From the NCBI RefSeq assembly GCF_050320075.1, contig NZ_CP190022.1: a stretch of DNA of 64,000 nucleotides. The stretch is one strand, 5' to 3'. Position 1 is the first letter of the stretch. Each line of letters begins with the position of its first letter. Below, one piece after another: positions 1-8,799 of this stretch. This DNA comes from Escherichia coli (GTDB taxonomy: Bacteria; Pseudomonadota; Gammaproteobacteria; Enterobacterales; Enterobacteriaceae). Under the pieces are notes generated by a model. The model was given only the letters and a program-made list of their open reading frames with translations, searched no databases and had not been told where the DNA came from. The position numbers and the translations under genes were made by a program.

Positions 1-380
1 GCCGTGCCCTTCACCAGGATGAAACCGATCCGGAACTGATGTTTCAGGATTATGAGGGATTCCCGGGGAATATGGCCTCTGAATGTCATATCAACTGGGC
101 CTGGGTTGAAGGCTTCCGCCGGGCACGGGATGAAGGCTGCGAAGAGGCTTATCGTCTCTGGGTGGATGATACCGGTGAGACGGATTTTGACAGCTTCCGC
201 GATGCCTGGTGGGGCGAGGCTGACAGTGAGGAGGCTTTTGCGGTTGAGTTCGTCAGTGATACCGGCCTGCTGGCTGACGTGCCGGAGACGGTGGCGCTCT
301 ATTTTGACTATGAGGCGTATGCGCGGGATTTATTCCTGGACTCCTTCACCTTTATTGACGGTCATGTGTTCCGTCGGTGA
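1..380 (+). CDS. ardA: Antirestriction protein ArdA, C-terminal part (5-prime end lies outside the window)
   Basis: Reading frame is open from position 3; acidic C-terminus ...ELMFQDYEGFP...YFDYEAYARDLFLDSFTFIDGHVFRR resembles ArdA family proteins as I recall them; position ~5 kb from oriT fits an IncI leading region. Confidence 0.7.
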   Translation, partial: RALHQDETDPELMFQDYEGFPGNMASECHINWAWVEGFRRARDEGCEEAYRLWVDDTGETDFDSFRDAWWGEADSEEAFAVEFVSDTGLLADVPETVALYFDYEAYARDLFLDSFTFIDGHVFRR

Positions 381-734
381 TTTACTCCCCCGCTCCGGCG
401 GGGGTATGGCCTGCCGGGCCGCCGGAAAACCCTGGCAGGCTTACGCCTGCCTGAAATACAGGAGGGCCGCGCCTGCGGCGCTGCCCTTCCTGCCCGTCAT
501 GGTGTGAGGCATTTTTCTGTTTTGTCGTTTCTGTTGTTCTGATGCCCGGAGGCGGGGACACCCTTCGGCTCCCGGCTGCCTGGCGGCATCCGGTCGTCGG
601 CCCGACTCCGACAGGCAGCTGCTGGCGCACCCGCCAGTCTCCGCCGAACCCGCTGGCGCGGTTTCGGGCTGCCGCTACGGTCCGATGTCTGAAAAACCAG
701 GCCTGCAGCGACCGTTCCGGTCGCGCCGCCCCTG

Positions 735-1085
735 TCGCGCCGGAAACGGCGCTCCCTGCACACCTGACGGTGTGTAAGGCCACTGCGCCTGATGGCGCAG
801 TTGTCTGCCCTTCCGCCGCCACCCCTGCGGCCTGTTTCCCGCTGTGGACTTTCCGGGGGCTGAAGCGGCCACAACACGTCTCAGCCGTCCAGGGGAAGAT
901 GTACCAGCCACAAAACTTTTTGCCGCAGGCGTCAAAAACTTTTGCGTCTGCCCCCGGACAACTGCCCCGTGCCGTGGCAGTCGCTGCCCCATCGGAAAGG
1001 TCCACTGCGGGGAGAAACCCCGAAGAAGTGGACGGCAGAAGGGGCTTTCGCCCCTCCGGGGAATAACCGGTCGGCCCGGCGACCT
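735..1085. promoter_or_regulatory. Frpo/ssi-like leading-region repeat, copy 1 (putative single-strand promoter)
   Basis: About 350 bp, roughly 85 percent identical to 3632-3990; GC-rich, many short inverted repeats (e.g. acacctgacggtgtg, ctgcgcctgatggcgcag); ends just before the start codon at 1110. Confidence 0.5.
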
Positions 1086-1109
1086 GATTCAGCAGAAGGA
1101 GACGTTTTC

Positions 1110-1544
1110 ATGACAGTCAGCAGCACGATTTCCGTTTTTTGCCGAGACGGGGTGTTCCGTACCGTTTACTGCCACCTGCACGGTGAGCCGACCTGGAACG
1201 GTCGCATCCTGCATACCCACTATGCCACCGGTCAGCTGGCCGAAGCCCTGGTTGAACACGGAGATATCCGTTGCCTCGGTCCCCGTTGCGACAAACCCGC
1301 CGGGCATACGCTTCAGAACCCGGTGGACGGTGTGACGGCTTATTACGGACGTGACAGTGGTTTCCGGATGGACAGTGAAGCGCGTGAGTACCGCTCTTTC
1401 AGGGAGGCTATTGCCACTGAAAGCACAGAAGAGGTGCGCTTCCATTATGTGTTCATCGACGGCTACTGGAAGGTGATGTACCGCACGCCGGAAGGCTGGA
1501 AGATGAAAGCGCTCGCGCTGGCACTGCGTCGCTGTCCGGAATGA
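1110..1544 (+). CDS. Hypothetical leading-region protein, 144 aa, Cys/His-rich
   Basis: ATG at 1110 preceded by aggagacg RBS; ORF track frame 942-1544 trimmed to the RBS-supported start; directly downstream of Frpo-like repeat 1. Confidence 0.55.
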   Translation: MTVSSTISVFCRDGVFRTVYCHLHGEPTWNGRILHTHYATGQLAEALVEHGDIRCLGPRCDKPAGHTLQNPVDGVTAYYGRDSGFRMDSEAREYRSFREAIATESTEEVRFHYVFIDGYWKVMYRTPEGWKMKALALALRRCPE

Positions 1545-1636
1545 AAAAAAGCAGGGCGATAAACCCTGCCTTTCTCCGCCGGCGCTTCCCCGTACGGAAG
1601 TCCGGCATCTCATTCACTAACTATGGAGATTATGCT

Positions 1637-1903
1637 ATGAGGCCATCAATTATCTTCGCAACCGCCGAGTATGTAAAGCGTCTGCGTGAAGAGTGCCGGC
1701 GGGAGAACAAACCCCTGCACCGCCATACCCGCTTCAGACGCCAGGAACTGGCACCGGATGAGATTAACCCGGACGTCCTGGCGATGGGCGGTCATATCGC
1801 CAGACGCTGCAGTGAGCGGAAGCGGGTGCGTATCCCCGCCATGAAAGTCAGCGAATGGGGCCACCTGCTCCGCGCGCTTGAAATTGAGCGGGTCTGCCAC
1901 TGA
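1637..1903 (+). CDS. Hypothetical basic protein, 88 aa
   Basis: Internal ATG of ORF 1541-1903 with ggag 8 nt upstream; Arg-rich. Confidence 0.4.
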   Translation: MRPSIIFATAEYVKRLREECRRENKPLHRHTRFRRQELAPDEINPDVLAMGGHIARRCSERKRVRIPAMKVSEWGHLLRALEIERVCH

Positions 1904-1967
1904 TTAACCCTTGCCGTCTGCCTGTGCAGGCGGCAGGATACGTTCAGACATCTCACCAGGAGGAACC

Positions 1968-2906
1968 GTGAGTAAGAAGAAAACCACCACGACGCCCACG
2001 CCGCATGATGCCGCGTTCCGGTCGTTCCTGGCGAACCCCGACGTCGCCAGAGATTTTCTGGAACTGCATCTTCCGGCGGAGTACCGGCAGTTGTGCGACC
2101 TGTCCACGCTGAAGCTGGAACCCGCCACCTTTGTTGAGCCGGACCTGCATCAGTACGCCAGCGATATCCTCTGGAGTGTGAAAACCACCGGGGGTGAAGA
2201 CGGCTATATTTATACGCTCATCGAGCACCAGAGCACCGAAAATCTGTACATGCCTTTCCGCATGTTACGTTACAGTGTGGCGGCGATGCAGAGACATCTG
2301 GAGCAGCACAAAACATTGCCACTGGTGATTCCGGTGCTGTTCTATCATGGTGAGCGCAGCCCGTACCCGTACAGCATGAACTGGCTGGACTGTTTTGAGG
2401 ATCCGGCGCTTGCGGCTAAAATATACACAAAGCCGTTTCCGCTGGTTGATATCACTGTCGTTGATGACAATGAAATCATGAACCATCGCCGGATGGCCGC
2501 ACTGACGCTGCTGATGAAGCATATCCGCCATCGTGACATGATGGAGCTGCTGGACAAACTCCCGCAGGTCATGGTGGAAATTTCAGACGAGCAGGTGCGT
2601 GTTCTGATTCATTACATCGTTAACGCAGGGGACTCTGTATCACCGGAATTTATGCGGGCGCTGGCTGAGCGTCTGCCGCAGCATGAGGATAAACTGATGA
2701 CTATTGCCGAACGTCTTGAGCAGCAAGGAATACAGAAAGGAATACAGCAGGGAATACAGCAGGGAATACAGCAGGGAATACAGAAAGGCCGCATGGAGGA
2801 GAAGCAGGATATTGCGCGTCAGCTTCAGAAAACGGGAATGCCATCTGCACAAATCTGTCAGATCACCGGACTTTCCGAAGCTGAACTGAAGAACATCACT
2901 CACTGA
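1968..2906 (+). CDS. Rpn-family recombination-promoting nuclease (YhgA-like, PD-(D/E)XK) with C-terminal GIQQ repeats
   Basis: GTG at 1968 after aggagg RBS; N-terminal PHDAAF(R)SFL...DFLE...HLP and central IEHQS motifs typical of the YhgA/Rpn family; C-terminal QGIQKGIQQGIQQGIQQGIQKG repeat. Confidence 0.7.
   Translation: MSKKKTTTTPTPHDAAFRSFLANPDVARDFLELHLPAEYRQLCDLSTLKLEPATFVEPDLHQYASDILWSVKTTGGEDGYIYTLIEHQSTENLYMPFRMLRYSVAAMQRHLEQHKTLPLVIPVLFYHGERSPYPYSMNWLDCFEDPALAAKIYTKPFPLVDITVVDDNEIMNHRRMAALTLLMKHIRHRDMMELLDKLPQVMVEISDEQVRVLIHYIVNAGDSVSPEFMRALAERLPQHEDKLMTIAERLEQQGIQKGIQQGIQQGIQQGIQKGRMEEKQDIARQLQKTGMPSAQICQITGLSEAELKNITH
2727..2786 (+). repeat. Five tandem 12-bp units (ggaatacagcag / ggaatacagaaa) inside the Rpn gene
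   Basis: Directly visible tandem repeat; encodes (GIQQ/GIQK)x5. Confidence 0.85.
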
Positions 2907-2920
2907 TGAGAACCACAAAG

Positions 2921-2944
2921 CCCGGCAAAATGCCGGGTTTTTTT
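2921..2944 (+). terminator. Rho-independent terminator after the Rpn gene
   Basis: cccggcaaaatgccggg hairpin followed by ttttttt. Confidence 0.6.
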
Positions 2945-2968
2945 GTCAGCAGGAGCAGAGCAAACAGC

Positions 2969-3151
2969 ATGACGATTGCAGAACGTCTTATACAGAAAGG
3001 TTTCGACGAAGGTTTTAAGAAAGGTGCGCTTGAAGTGGCGCGGGAAATAGCCTGCCGGCTTCGGGATATAGGCTGGTCGCCGGAACGGATTCAGGAGGTC
3101 ACGGGACTTTCCGGTGAAGAACTGAAAAAACTGTTTCCTGATGAGCTGTAG
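2969..3151 (+). CDS. Small protein (60 aa) resembling the Rpn C-terminal domain (YpaA-like)
   Basis: ATG at 2969 after aggag; MTIAERLIQKG...EVTGLSGEELKKL parallels the C-terminus of the upstream Rpn protein (MTIAERLEQQG...QITGLSEAELKNI); the longer track ORF from 2906 reads through the terminator and is rejected. Confidence 0.5.
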   Translation: MTIAERLIQKGFDEGFKKGALEVAREIACRLRDIGWSPERIQEVTGLSGEELKKLFPDEL

Positions 3152-3181
3152 CCTGGCATTCTGCCAGGCTGTGAATCACGC

Positions 3182-3433
3182 TCACACATCCTCTGCCGTT
3201 TCCCCCAGTTCATTTTCCAGTCGCCTGATGATATCTGCCTTACGCATCCCCTGCATGTGAGGCAGCAGGTCACGGACTGAAAGAGCCTGGGTGGTCCTCC
3301 AGACGGTGACGTCCACCTGTTCCGCATTTTCCCAGGCGTGCCATGTTCTCTGCGTCACGCCAAATTCTCTGGCCGCTTTTTCGCGTGACCAGAGCATGCT
3401 TTTTCGCCAGATTCGCAGTTCCCAGCCGGTCAT
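3182..3433 (-). CDS. Helix-turn-helix DNA-binding protein (83 aa)
   Basis: EKAAREFGVTQRTWHAWE looks like a helix-turn-helix segment; aaaggtg RBS before the ATG at 3433. Confidence 0.55.
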   Translation of the reverse strand: MTGWELRIWRKSMLWSREKAAREFGVTQRTWHAWENAEQVDVTVWRTTQALSVRDLLPHMQGMRKADIIRRLENELGETAEDV

Positions 3434-3450
3434 AAAACACCTTTGAAAAA

Positions 3451-3532
3451 GTGAAAAAACTTCACTTTATTTTATCATCATAATCATCAAATCAGCGCGA
3501 TAAATAAGTGTGAAAAAGTGAAGAAATTTCAC
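3451..3532. promoter_or_regulatory. Two GTGAA-N5-TTCAC palindromes in the AT-rich promoter region of the HTH gene (putative operators)
   Basis: gtgaaaaaacttcac at 3451-3465 and gtgaagaaatttcac at 3518-3532, both with aaag/cttt flanks. Confidence 0.4.
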
Positions 3533-3631
3533 TTTTTTTTGATTGTGGGTGTCGTGCTGTTTTCTCTGTTTTCACCTGTGCGGGAGTGGTGTGCCAGTGA
3601 CCACCACATGCCATTGTTGTGCCGTCGTTTT

Positions 3632-3990
3632 TCTTCAGTCGCGCCGGATGCGGCGCTCCCTGCACACCTGACGGTGTGTAAGGCCACTGCGCCTGATGGC
3701 GCAGCTGTCTCTGCCTGTCTGCCGCCGCACTGCGGCCCGTTTTCCGCAGACGGACTTTCCGGGGGTACATACACGACCACATCCCGTTTCAGTCGTCCAG
3801 GGGAGAGATGTACCAGCCACAAAACTTTTTGCCGCAGGCGTCAAAAACTTTTGCGTCTGCCCCCGGACAACTGCCCCGTGACGTGGTGAGCGTCCCCCGT
3901 CGGAAAGGTCCACTGCGGGGAAATCCCCGAAGACCCGGACGGCAGAAGGAGCTTCGCTCCTCCGGGAAATGACCTGGCTGACCCGGCAGT
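3632..3990. promoter_or_regulatory. Frpo/ssi-like leading-region repeat, copy 2
   Basis: Imperfect direct repeat of 735-1085, ending just before the start at 4011. Confidence 0.5.
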
Positions 3991-4010
3991 CGTGACGATG
4001 AGGAGACAAT

Positions 4011-4862
4011 GTGATGAATCAGACTTTACCCACTGCTGACCTGAATACTGCCGGCACGACAGATGTTATTCCGTCTGTGGCTATCGACCGCATCATCGCG
4101 CAGCGTAACGAAGGTATTGCACTGTTCATGCAGGCGATGGAATGCCTGGCGACAGCGCGCAGGATTCTGCTCGATGCTTCCGGTGACATTTTTCTCTACG
4201 GGTTTGAAGACTGCGTGACTGATTCCGTTCGTCGCATGGATAAACCGGAAGAAGCGAAAAGGAATATCACCCGTCTTGCCGACCGGAAAATCTGGGACCG
4301 CCTGATGACAGATACGGGCATGTACACCTTCATGAGTTCATGCCAGCGTGATGAGTGGAACAGCCAGCTGATGAGCGACACCTGTCCTGAAATCATCCTG
4401 GACAATGTACTGGCAACATTCCGCCATCTGAATGCCAGCAAAATGCAGACATTTGAACAGGGACTGATTGATGTCTACCGGAAATTGTCATGGGATTACA
4501 GAACCAATAATCCCTGCCGTCTGGGCAAGAGAATCATTATTGAAAACCTGCTGTACCGCTGGAGTAACGGGCGTGTGACGCTGGACTGCAGCGGGCGGGA
4601 GGCACTGGATGACCTGGTACGTCCGTTTTATCTGCTGGATGGGCGCAACATTCCTGACTTCCGGAGCAGCATCGGGGCGCAGTATGGTGAATTTCTCGGG
4701 AACGGCGACAATGTCGGTAAGCTGTTAGAAGGGGAATATTTTACGGTGCGTGGCTACCAGAAAGGGACCGTACACATTGTCTTTAAGCGTTCTGACCTTG
4801 TTGAAAAACTGAATGATATTATTGCACGGCATTATCCTGGTGCATTGCCGCCACGAGTCTGA
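4011..4862 (+). CDS. Hypothetical leading-region protein, 283 aa (family not recognised with confidence)
   Basis: aggag RBS at 4001-4005, GTG 4011 / ATG 4014; preceded by Frpo-like repeat 2; followed by a hairpin with a T-run at 4875-4903. Confidence 0.55.
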   Translation: MMNQTLPTADLNTAGTTDVIPSVAIDRIIAQRNEGIALFMQAMECLATARRILLDASGDIFLYGFEDCVTDSVRRMDKPEEAKRNITRLADRKIWDRLMTDTGMYTFMSSCQRDEWNSQLMSDTCPEIILDNVLATFRHLNASKMQTFEQGLIDVYRKLSWDYRTNNPCRLGKRIIIENLLYRWSNGRVTLDCSGREALDDLVRPFYLLDGRNIPDFRSSIGAQYGEFLGNGDNVGKLLEGEYFTVRGYQKGTVHIVFKRSDLVEKLNDIIARHYPGALPPRV

Positions 4863-4947
4863 TTAAAAAGAAAAGCCCTGGTATTTATGCCGGGGCTTTT
4901 TTTTCTGTAATCATCATAATCTCAGAACATGATGTGACATTGTCACA

Positions 4948-5283
4948 TCAATTGTTGTTCATATCGATGCCATCTTTTCTGCCTGAATCTGTCTTTTTAG
5001 GTGCTGTTTTAGAGGAAGAACGGCGGGATGGTTTTTTCGATTCTGCTTCCCGAATAATGTCACGAAGTGCCTTCTCTCCTACTTCATACCCTGCATTTTT
5101 GAGCGTGTCACGAACATCTGCCAGTGTATAACCCTTTGTCCTTACCAGGACAATGATGTCATCACGAATGGCATCAAGAAAATCACGCAATGTTTTCCGT
5201 TGAGCGGTGAGGTCCGGCAATTCCGATAAGGCAGATTTTGCCAGCTGGATGTCATCATCTGAGTAAAATTTTTTAGAAGCCAT
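4948..5283 (-). CDS. Hypothetical protein (111 aa) with Lys/Ser/Pro-rich C-terminal tail, divergent from nikA
   Basis: ATG at 5283 with ggagag RBS; tail SKKPSRRSSSKTAPKKTDSGRK suggests nucleic-acid binding. Confidence 0.45.
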   Translation of the reverse strand: MASKKFYSDDDIQLAKSALSELPDLTAQRKTLRDFLDAIRDDIIVLVRTKGYTLADVRDTLKNAGYEVGEKALRDIIREAESKKPSRRSSSKTAPKKTDSGRKDGIDMNNN

Positions 5284-5329
5284 TAGCACTTTCTCTCCGT
5301 TTCATGTTGAAGTCTGATTTTATCATCAA

Positions 5330-5515
5330 AAACTGACTCCTGGCAGGGCTGCGCCCTGCCTCTGCCGTCTGCATAAGACTATGATGCACAAAAATAACAG
5401 GCTATAATGGCCTGAAAAACGGGACAGGATGTGGGAATGTCGGACCGCGCACGCGCACTCAGACATTCCCCACCTGGTCAGGGCTTTGCCCCGACACCCC
5501 GGTAAGGAGCAGACC
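5330..5515. other. Origin of transfer (oriT) region, approximate
   Basis: Immediately upstream of nikA; inverted repeats ggcagggc-tgc-gccctgcc (5343-5361) and gggaatgtc...gacattccc (about 5433-5471); nick site not identified. Confidence 0.45.
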
Positions 5516-5848
5516 ATGAGTGAGAAGAAAACCCGAACGGGCAGTGAGAACAGGAAGAGAATTGTAAAATTCACGGCGAGATTCACGGAGGATGAGGCTG
5601 AAATCGTAAGAGAAAAAGCGGAGTCAAGTGGACAGACGGTTTCAACATTTATACGAAGCTCTTCACTGGATAAGGTGGTTAACTGCCGTACTGACGACCG
5701 TATGATTGATGAGATTATGCGTCTTGGCCGCCTTCAGAAGCATCTGTTTGTGGAGGGAAAACGCACTGGTGATAAGGAGTATGCAGAGGTTCTTGTTGCC
5801 ATTACTGAATATGTCAATGCTCTGCGAAGAGACTTAATGGGACGCTGA
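5516..5848 (+). CDS. nikA: NikA relaxosome accessory protein (ribbon-helix-helix)
   Basis: aaggag RBS; MSEKKTRTGSENRKRIVKFTARFTEDEAEIVREKAE matches my memory of R64 NikA; about 110 aa; directly followed by the relaxase. Confidence 0.85.
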   Translation: MSEKKTRTGSENRKRIVKFTARFTEDEAEIVREKAESSGQTVSTFIRSSSLDKVVNCRTDDRMIDEIMRLGRLQKHLFVEGKRTGDKEYAEVLVAITEYVNALRRDLMGR

Positions 5849-5859
5849 GATAACTGCTG

Positions 5860-8580
5860 ATGAATGCCATTATTCCGCACAAAAGACGTGACGGCAGGTC
5901 TTCCTTTGAAGACCTGATTGCGTACACGTCTGTGCGGGATGATGTGCAGGAAAATGAGCTCACAGAAGACAGCGAAATCAAGAGTGATGTCCCTCACCGC
6001 AACCGTTTCAGACGGCTTGTTGATTATGCAACACGCCTGCGTAACGAAAAATTTGTCTCCCTGATTGATGTGATGAAAGACGGCAGTCAGTGGGTAAATT
6101 TCTATGGCGTAACCTGTTTCCATAACTGCAATTCACTGGAAACAGCTGCTGAAGAGATGCAGTACAAGGCGGACAAAGCTGTTTTTTCCCGTAATGATAC
6201 AGACCCCGTTTTCCACTACATTCTTTCCTGGCCTGCGCATGAAAGCCCGCGTCCTGAGCAGCTTTTTGACTGTGTGCGTCACACACTGAAATCTCTTGAA
6301 CTCTCAAAACATCAGTACGTGGCTGCCGTTCATACGGACACGGATAATCTGCATGTGCATGTTGCCGTGAATCGTGTACATCCTGAAACTGGTTATATTA
6401 ACTGGCTTTCCTGGAGCCAGGAAAAACTCAGTCGTGCATGCCGTGAACTTGAACTTAAGCACGGATTTGCGCCGGATAATGGCTGCTTTGTGCATGCACC
6501 CGGCAACCGTATTGTGCGCAAAACAGCGCTGGTACGTGAGCGCCGTAATGCCTGGCGACGCGGGAAAAAGCAGACGTTCAGGGAATATATTGCGCAGATG
6601 TCGATTGCCGGGCTGCGTGAAGAGCCCGCACAGGACTGGTTATCTTTGCATAAACGGCTGGCCAGTGATGGTCTGTATATCACGATGCAGGAAGGGGAAC
6701 TGGTGGTGAAGGATGGCTGGGACAGAGCGCGGGAAGGTGTTGCACTCAGTTCGTTCGGACCGTCATGGACAGCTGAAAAACTGGGGCGGAAACTGGGGGA
6801 ATATCAGCCTGTACCGACAGATATTTTCAGTCAGGTGGGGACACCCGGTCGTTATGATCCGGAAGCCATAAACGTGGATATCCGGCCGGAAAAAGTGGCA
6901 GAAACGGAGAGTCTGAAACAGTACGCCTGTCGTCACTTTGCTGAACGCTTACCGGAAATGGCGCGAAATGGTGAACTGAAAAGTTGCCTGGCTGTACACC
7001 GTACTCTGGCAGAGGCGGGATTATGGATGGGGATTCAGCACGGGCATCTGGTACTGCATGATGGATTTGATAAACAACAGACACCAGTACGTGCAGACAG
7101 TGTGTGGCCGTTAATGACGCTGGATTATATGCAGGATCTGGATGGTGGATGGCACTCTGTACCGAAGGATATTTTTACTCAGGTTATACCCGAAGAACGA
7201 TTCCGGGGACACAGTATTGGCACTCAGGCTGTCAGCGATTACGAATGGTATCGCATGAGGATGGGCACTGGTCCACAGGGTGCCATAAAGCGTGAACTGT
7301 TTTCCGATAAGGAAAGTCTGTGGGGATACGCTCTTATTCAGTGCAGGAGCCAGATTGAAGAGATGATAGCTGGCGGGGATTTCAGCTGGCAGGCATGTCA
7401 TGAGATGTTTGCGCGTAAAGGGCTTATGCTGCAGAAACAGCATCATGGTCTCGTGATTGTGGATGCGTTTAATCATGAACTGACACCGGTGAAGGCCAGC
7501 AGTATCCACCCGGATTTGACGTTATCCCGGGCCGAGCCTCAGGCCGGGCCATTTGAAATTGCGGCTGCAGATATTTTCGAACGGGTGAAGCCTGAATGTC
7601 GCTACAATCCGGAACTTGCTGCCAGTGATGAAGTGGAGCCCGGCTTCCGGCGCGATCCTGAGCTGCGTCGTGAGCGCCGTGAAGCCCGTGCAGCTGCGCG
7701 GGAAGATTTGCGTGCGCGTTATCTTGCATGGAAGGAACACTGGCGTAAACCCGATTTACGTTACGGCGAACGGTTGCGGGAAATTCATGCTGCCTGCCGT
7801 CGTCGCAAGGCTCATATCCGCGTGCAGTTCCGGGATCCACAATTGCGTAAACTGCATTACCATATTGCAGAAGTGCAACGTATGCAGGCGCTGATCAGAC
7901 TGAAGGAAAATGTCAGGGAAGAGCGACTGGCGCTGATGGCGGAGGGTAAGTGGTATCCGTTGTCCTACCGGCAGTGGGTGGAACAACAGGCGGCGCAAGG
8001 CGACAGAGCTGCAGTGTCACAGCTCCGAGGCTGGGATTATCGCGATCGTCGCTCGCGTAATAAGGATAAAAGACGCACAACTAATGCTGATCGTTGTGTC
8101 GTTCTCTGCGAACCCGGAGGAACGCCACTTTTTAATAATGTTGCAAAACTTGAAGCTCGTCTTCAGAAAAATGGAAGTGTTCATTTCAGGGATACGCGGA
8201 CAGGAAAAAATGTCTGTACGGATTACGGAGATCGGGTTGTGTTCTACCATCACACGGACCGAAATGAACTGGCAGAGAAGCTTGATTTAATTGCGCCAGT
8301 TCTGTTCAGCCGCAACGGAAAGCTTGGTTTTGAGCCGGAAGGTTCATACCAGCAGTTTAATGATGTGTTTGCAGAAATGGTGGCCTGGCACAATGCAGCG
8401 GGAATAACCGGAAACGGACACTTCACCATTACTCGTCCGGACGTGGATTTGCACCGTCAACGCAGTGAGCAGTATTACCGGGAATATATCAGACAGCAGA
8501 CCCGTTTATCGGAGAGCCATGATGATAATTATACGTTACGGCAGGAGAAAACATGGGAGCCACCATCACCTGGAATGTAA
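5860..8580 (+). CDS. nikB: NikB relaxase (MOBP family)
   Basis: 906 aa, start MNAIIPHKRRDG; relaxase His motif region HTDTDNLHVHVAVNRV; size and position as in R64. Confidence 0.85.
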   Translation: MNAIIPHKRRDGRSSFEDLIAYTSVRDDVQENELTEDSEIKSDVPHRNRFRRLVDYATRLRNEKFVSLIDVMKDGSQWVNFYGVTCFHNCNSLETAAEEMQYKADKAVFSRNDTDPVFHYILSWPAHESPRPEQLFDCVRHTLKSLELSKHQYVAAVHTDTDNLHVHVAVNRVHPETGYINWLSWSQEKLSRACRELELKHGFAPDNGCFVHAPGNRIVRKTALVRERRNAWRRGKKQTFREYIAQMSIAGLREEPAQDWLSLHKRLASDGLYITMQEGELVVKDGWDRAREGVALSSFGPSWTAEKLGRKLGEYQPVPTDIFSQVGTPGRYDPEAINVDIRPEKVAETESLKQYACRHFAERLPEMARNGELKSCLAVHRTLAEAGLWMGIQHGHLVLHDGFDKQQTPVRADSVWPLMTLDYMQDLDGGWHSVPKDIFTQVIPEERFRGHSIGTQAVSDYEWYRMRMGTGPQGAIKRELFSDKESLWGYALIQCRSQIEEMIAGGDFSWQACHEMFARKGLMLQKQHHGLVIVDAFNHELTPVKASSIHPDLTLSRAEPQAGPFEIAAADIFERVKPECRYNPELAASDEVEPGFRRDPELRRERREARAAAREDLRARYLAWKEHWRKPDLRYGERLREIHAACRRRKAHIRVQFRDPQLRKLHYHIAEVQRMQALIRLKENVREERLALMAEGKWYPLSYRQWVEQQAAQGDRAAVSQLRGWDYRDRRSRNKDKRRTTNADRCVVLCEPGGTPLFNNVAKLEARLQKNGSVHFRDTRTGKNVCTDYGDRVVFYHHTDRNELAEKLDLIAPVLFSRNGKLGFEPEGSYQQFNDVFAEMVAWHNAAGITGNGHFTITRPDVDLHRQRSEQYYREYIRQQTRLSESHDDNYTLRQEKTWEPPSPGM

Positions 8581-8799
8581 GCCCGGATAAGTGATGGTGC
8601 AAAGATTCAGCCCAAAAACGGCAGGAACCTTCGTCAATAAGGGCGGGAGTAGTCACTGAATTGAGTTTATACCCGGTTAACTCTGAATTAAGGGCCGTGT
8701 CTGCGGCCCTTATCCAGTGCGCCGTAAACCCCGGACTTAGTGAACAGGGTTTTACAGTCTGATTGACAGATATGGTCACCAGAAAATATTTGTATTCCT

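Noticed and set aside
382-1126. Stack of overlapping ORFs on both strands (382-1005, 497-877, 542-1066, 675-992, 844-1113, 932-1126)
   Set aside because: They lie in a GC-rich repeated noncoding element (Frpo/ssi-like); long open frames on both strands are expected there by composition, and the same pattern recurs at 3492-4009.
2727-2786. Possible CRISPR-like or minisatellite array
   Set aside because: Units are only 12 bp, contiguous with no spacers, in frame inside a coding sequence (GIQQ repeats); no cas genes in the window.
2906-2968. Longer version of the small ORF starting at 2906 (MRTTKPGKMPGFF...)
   Set aside because: It reads through a strong hairpin and T-run terminator; the downstream ATG at 2969 has its own RBS.
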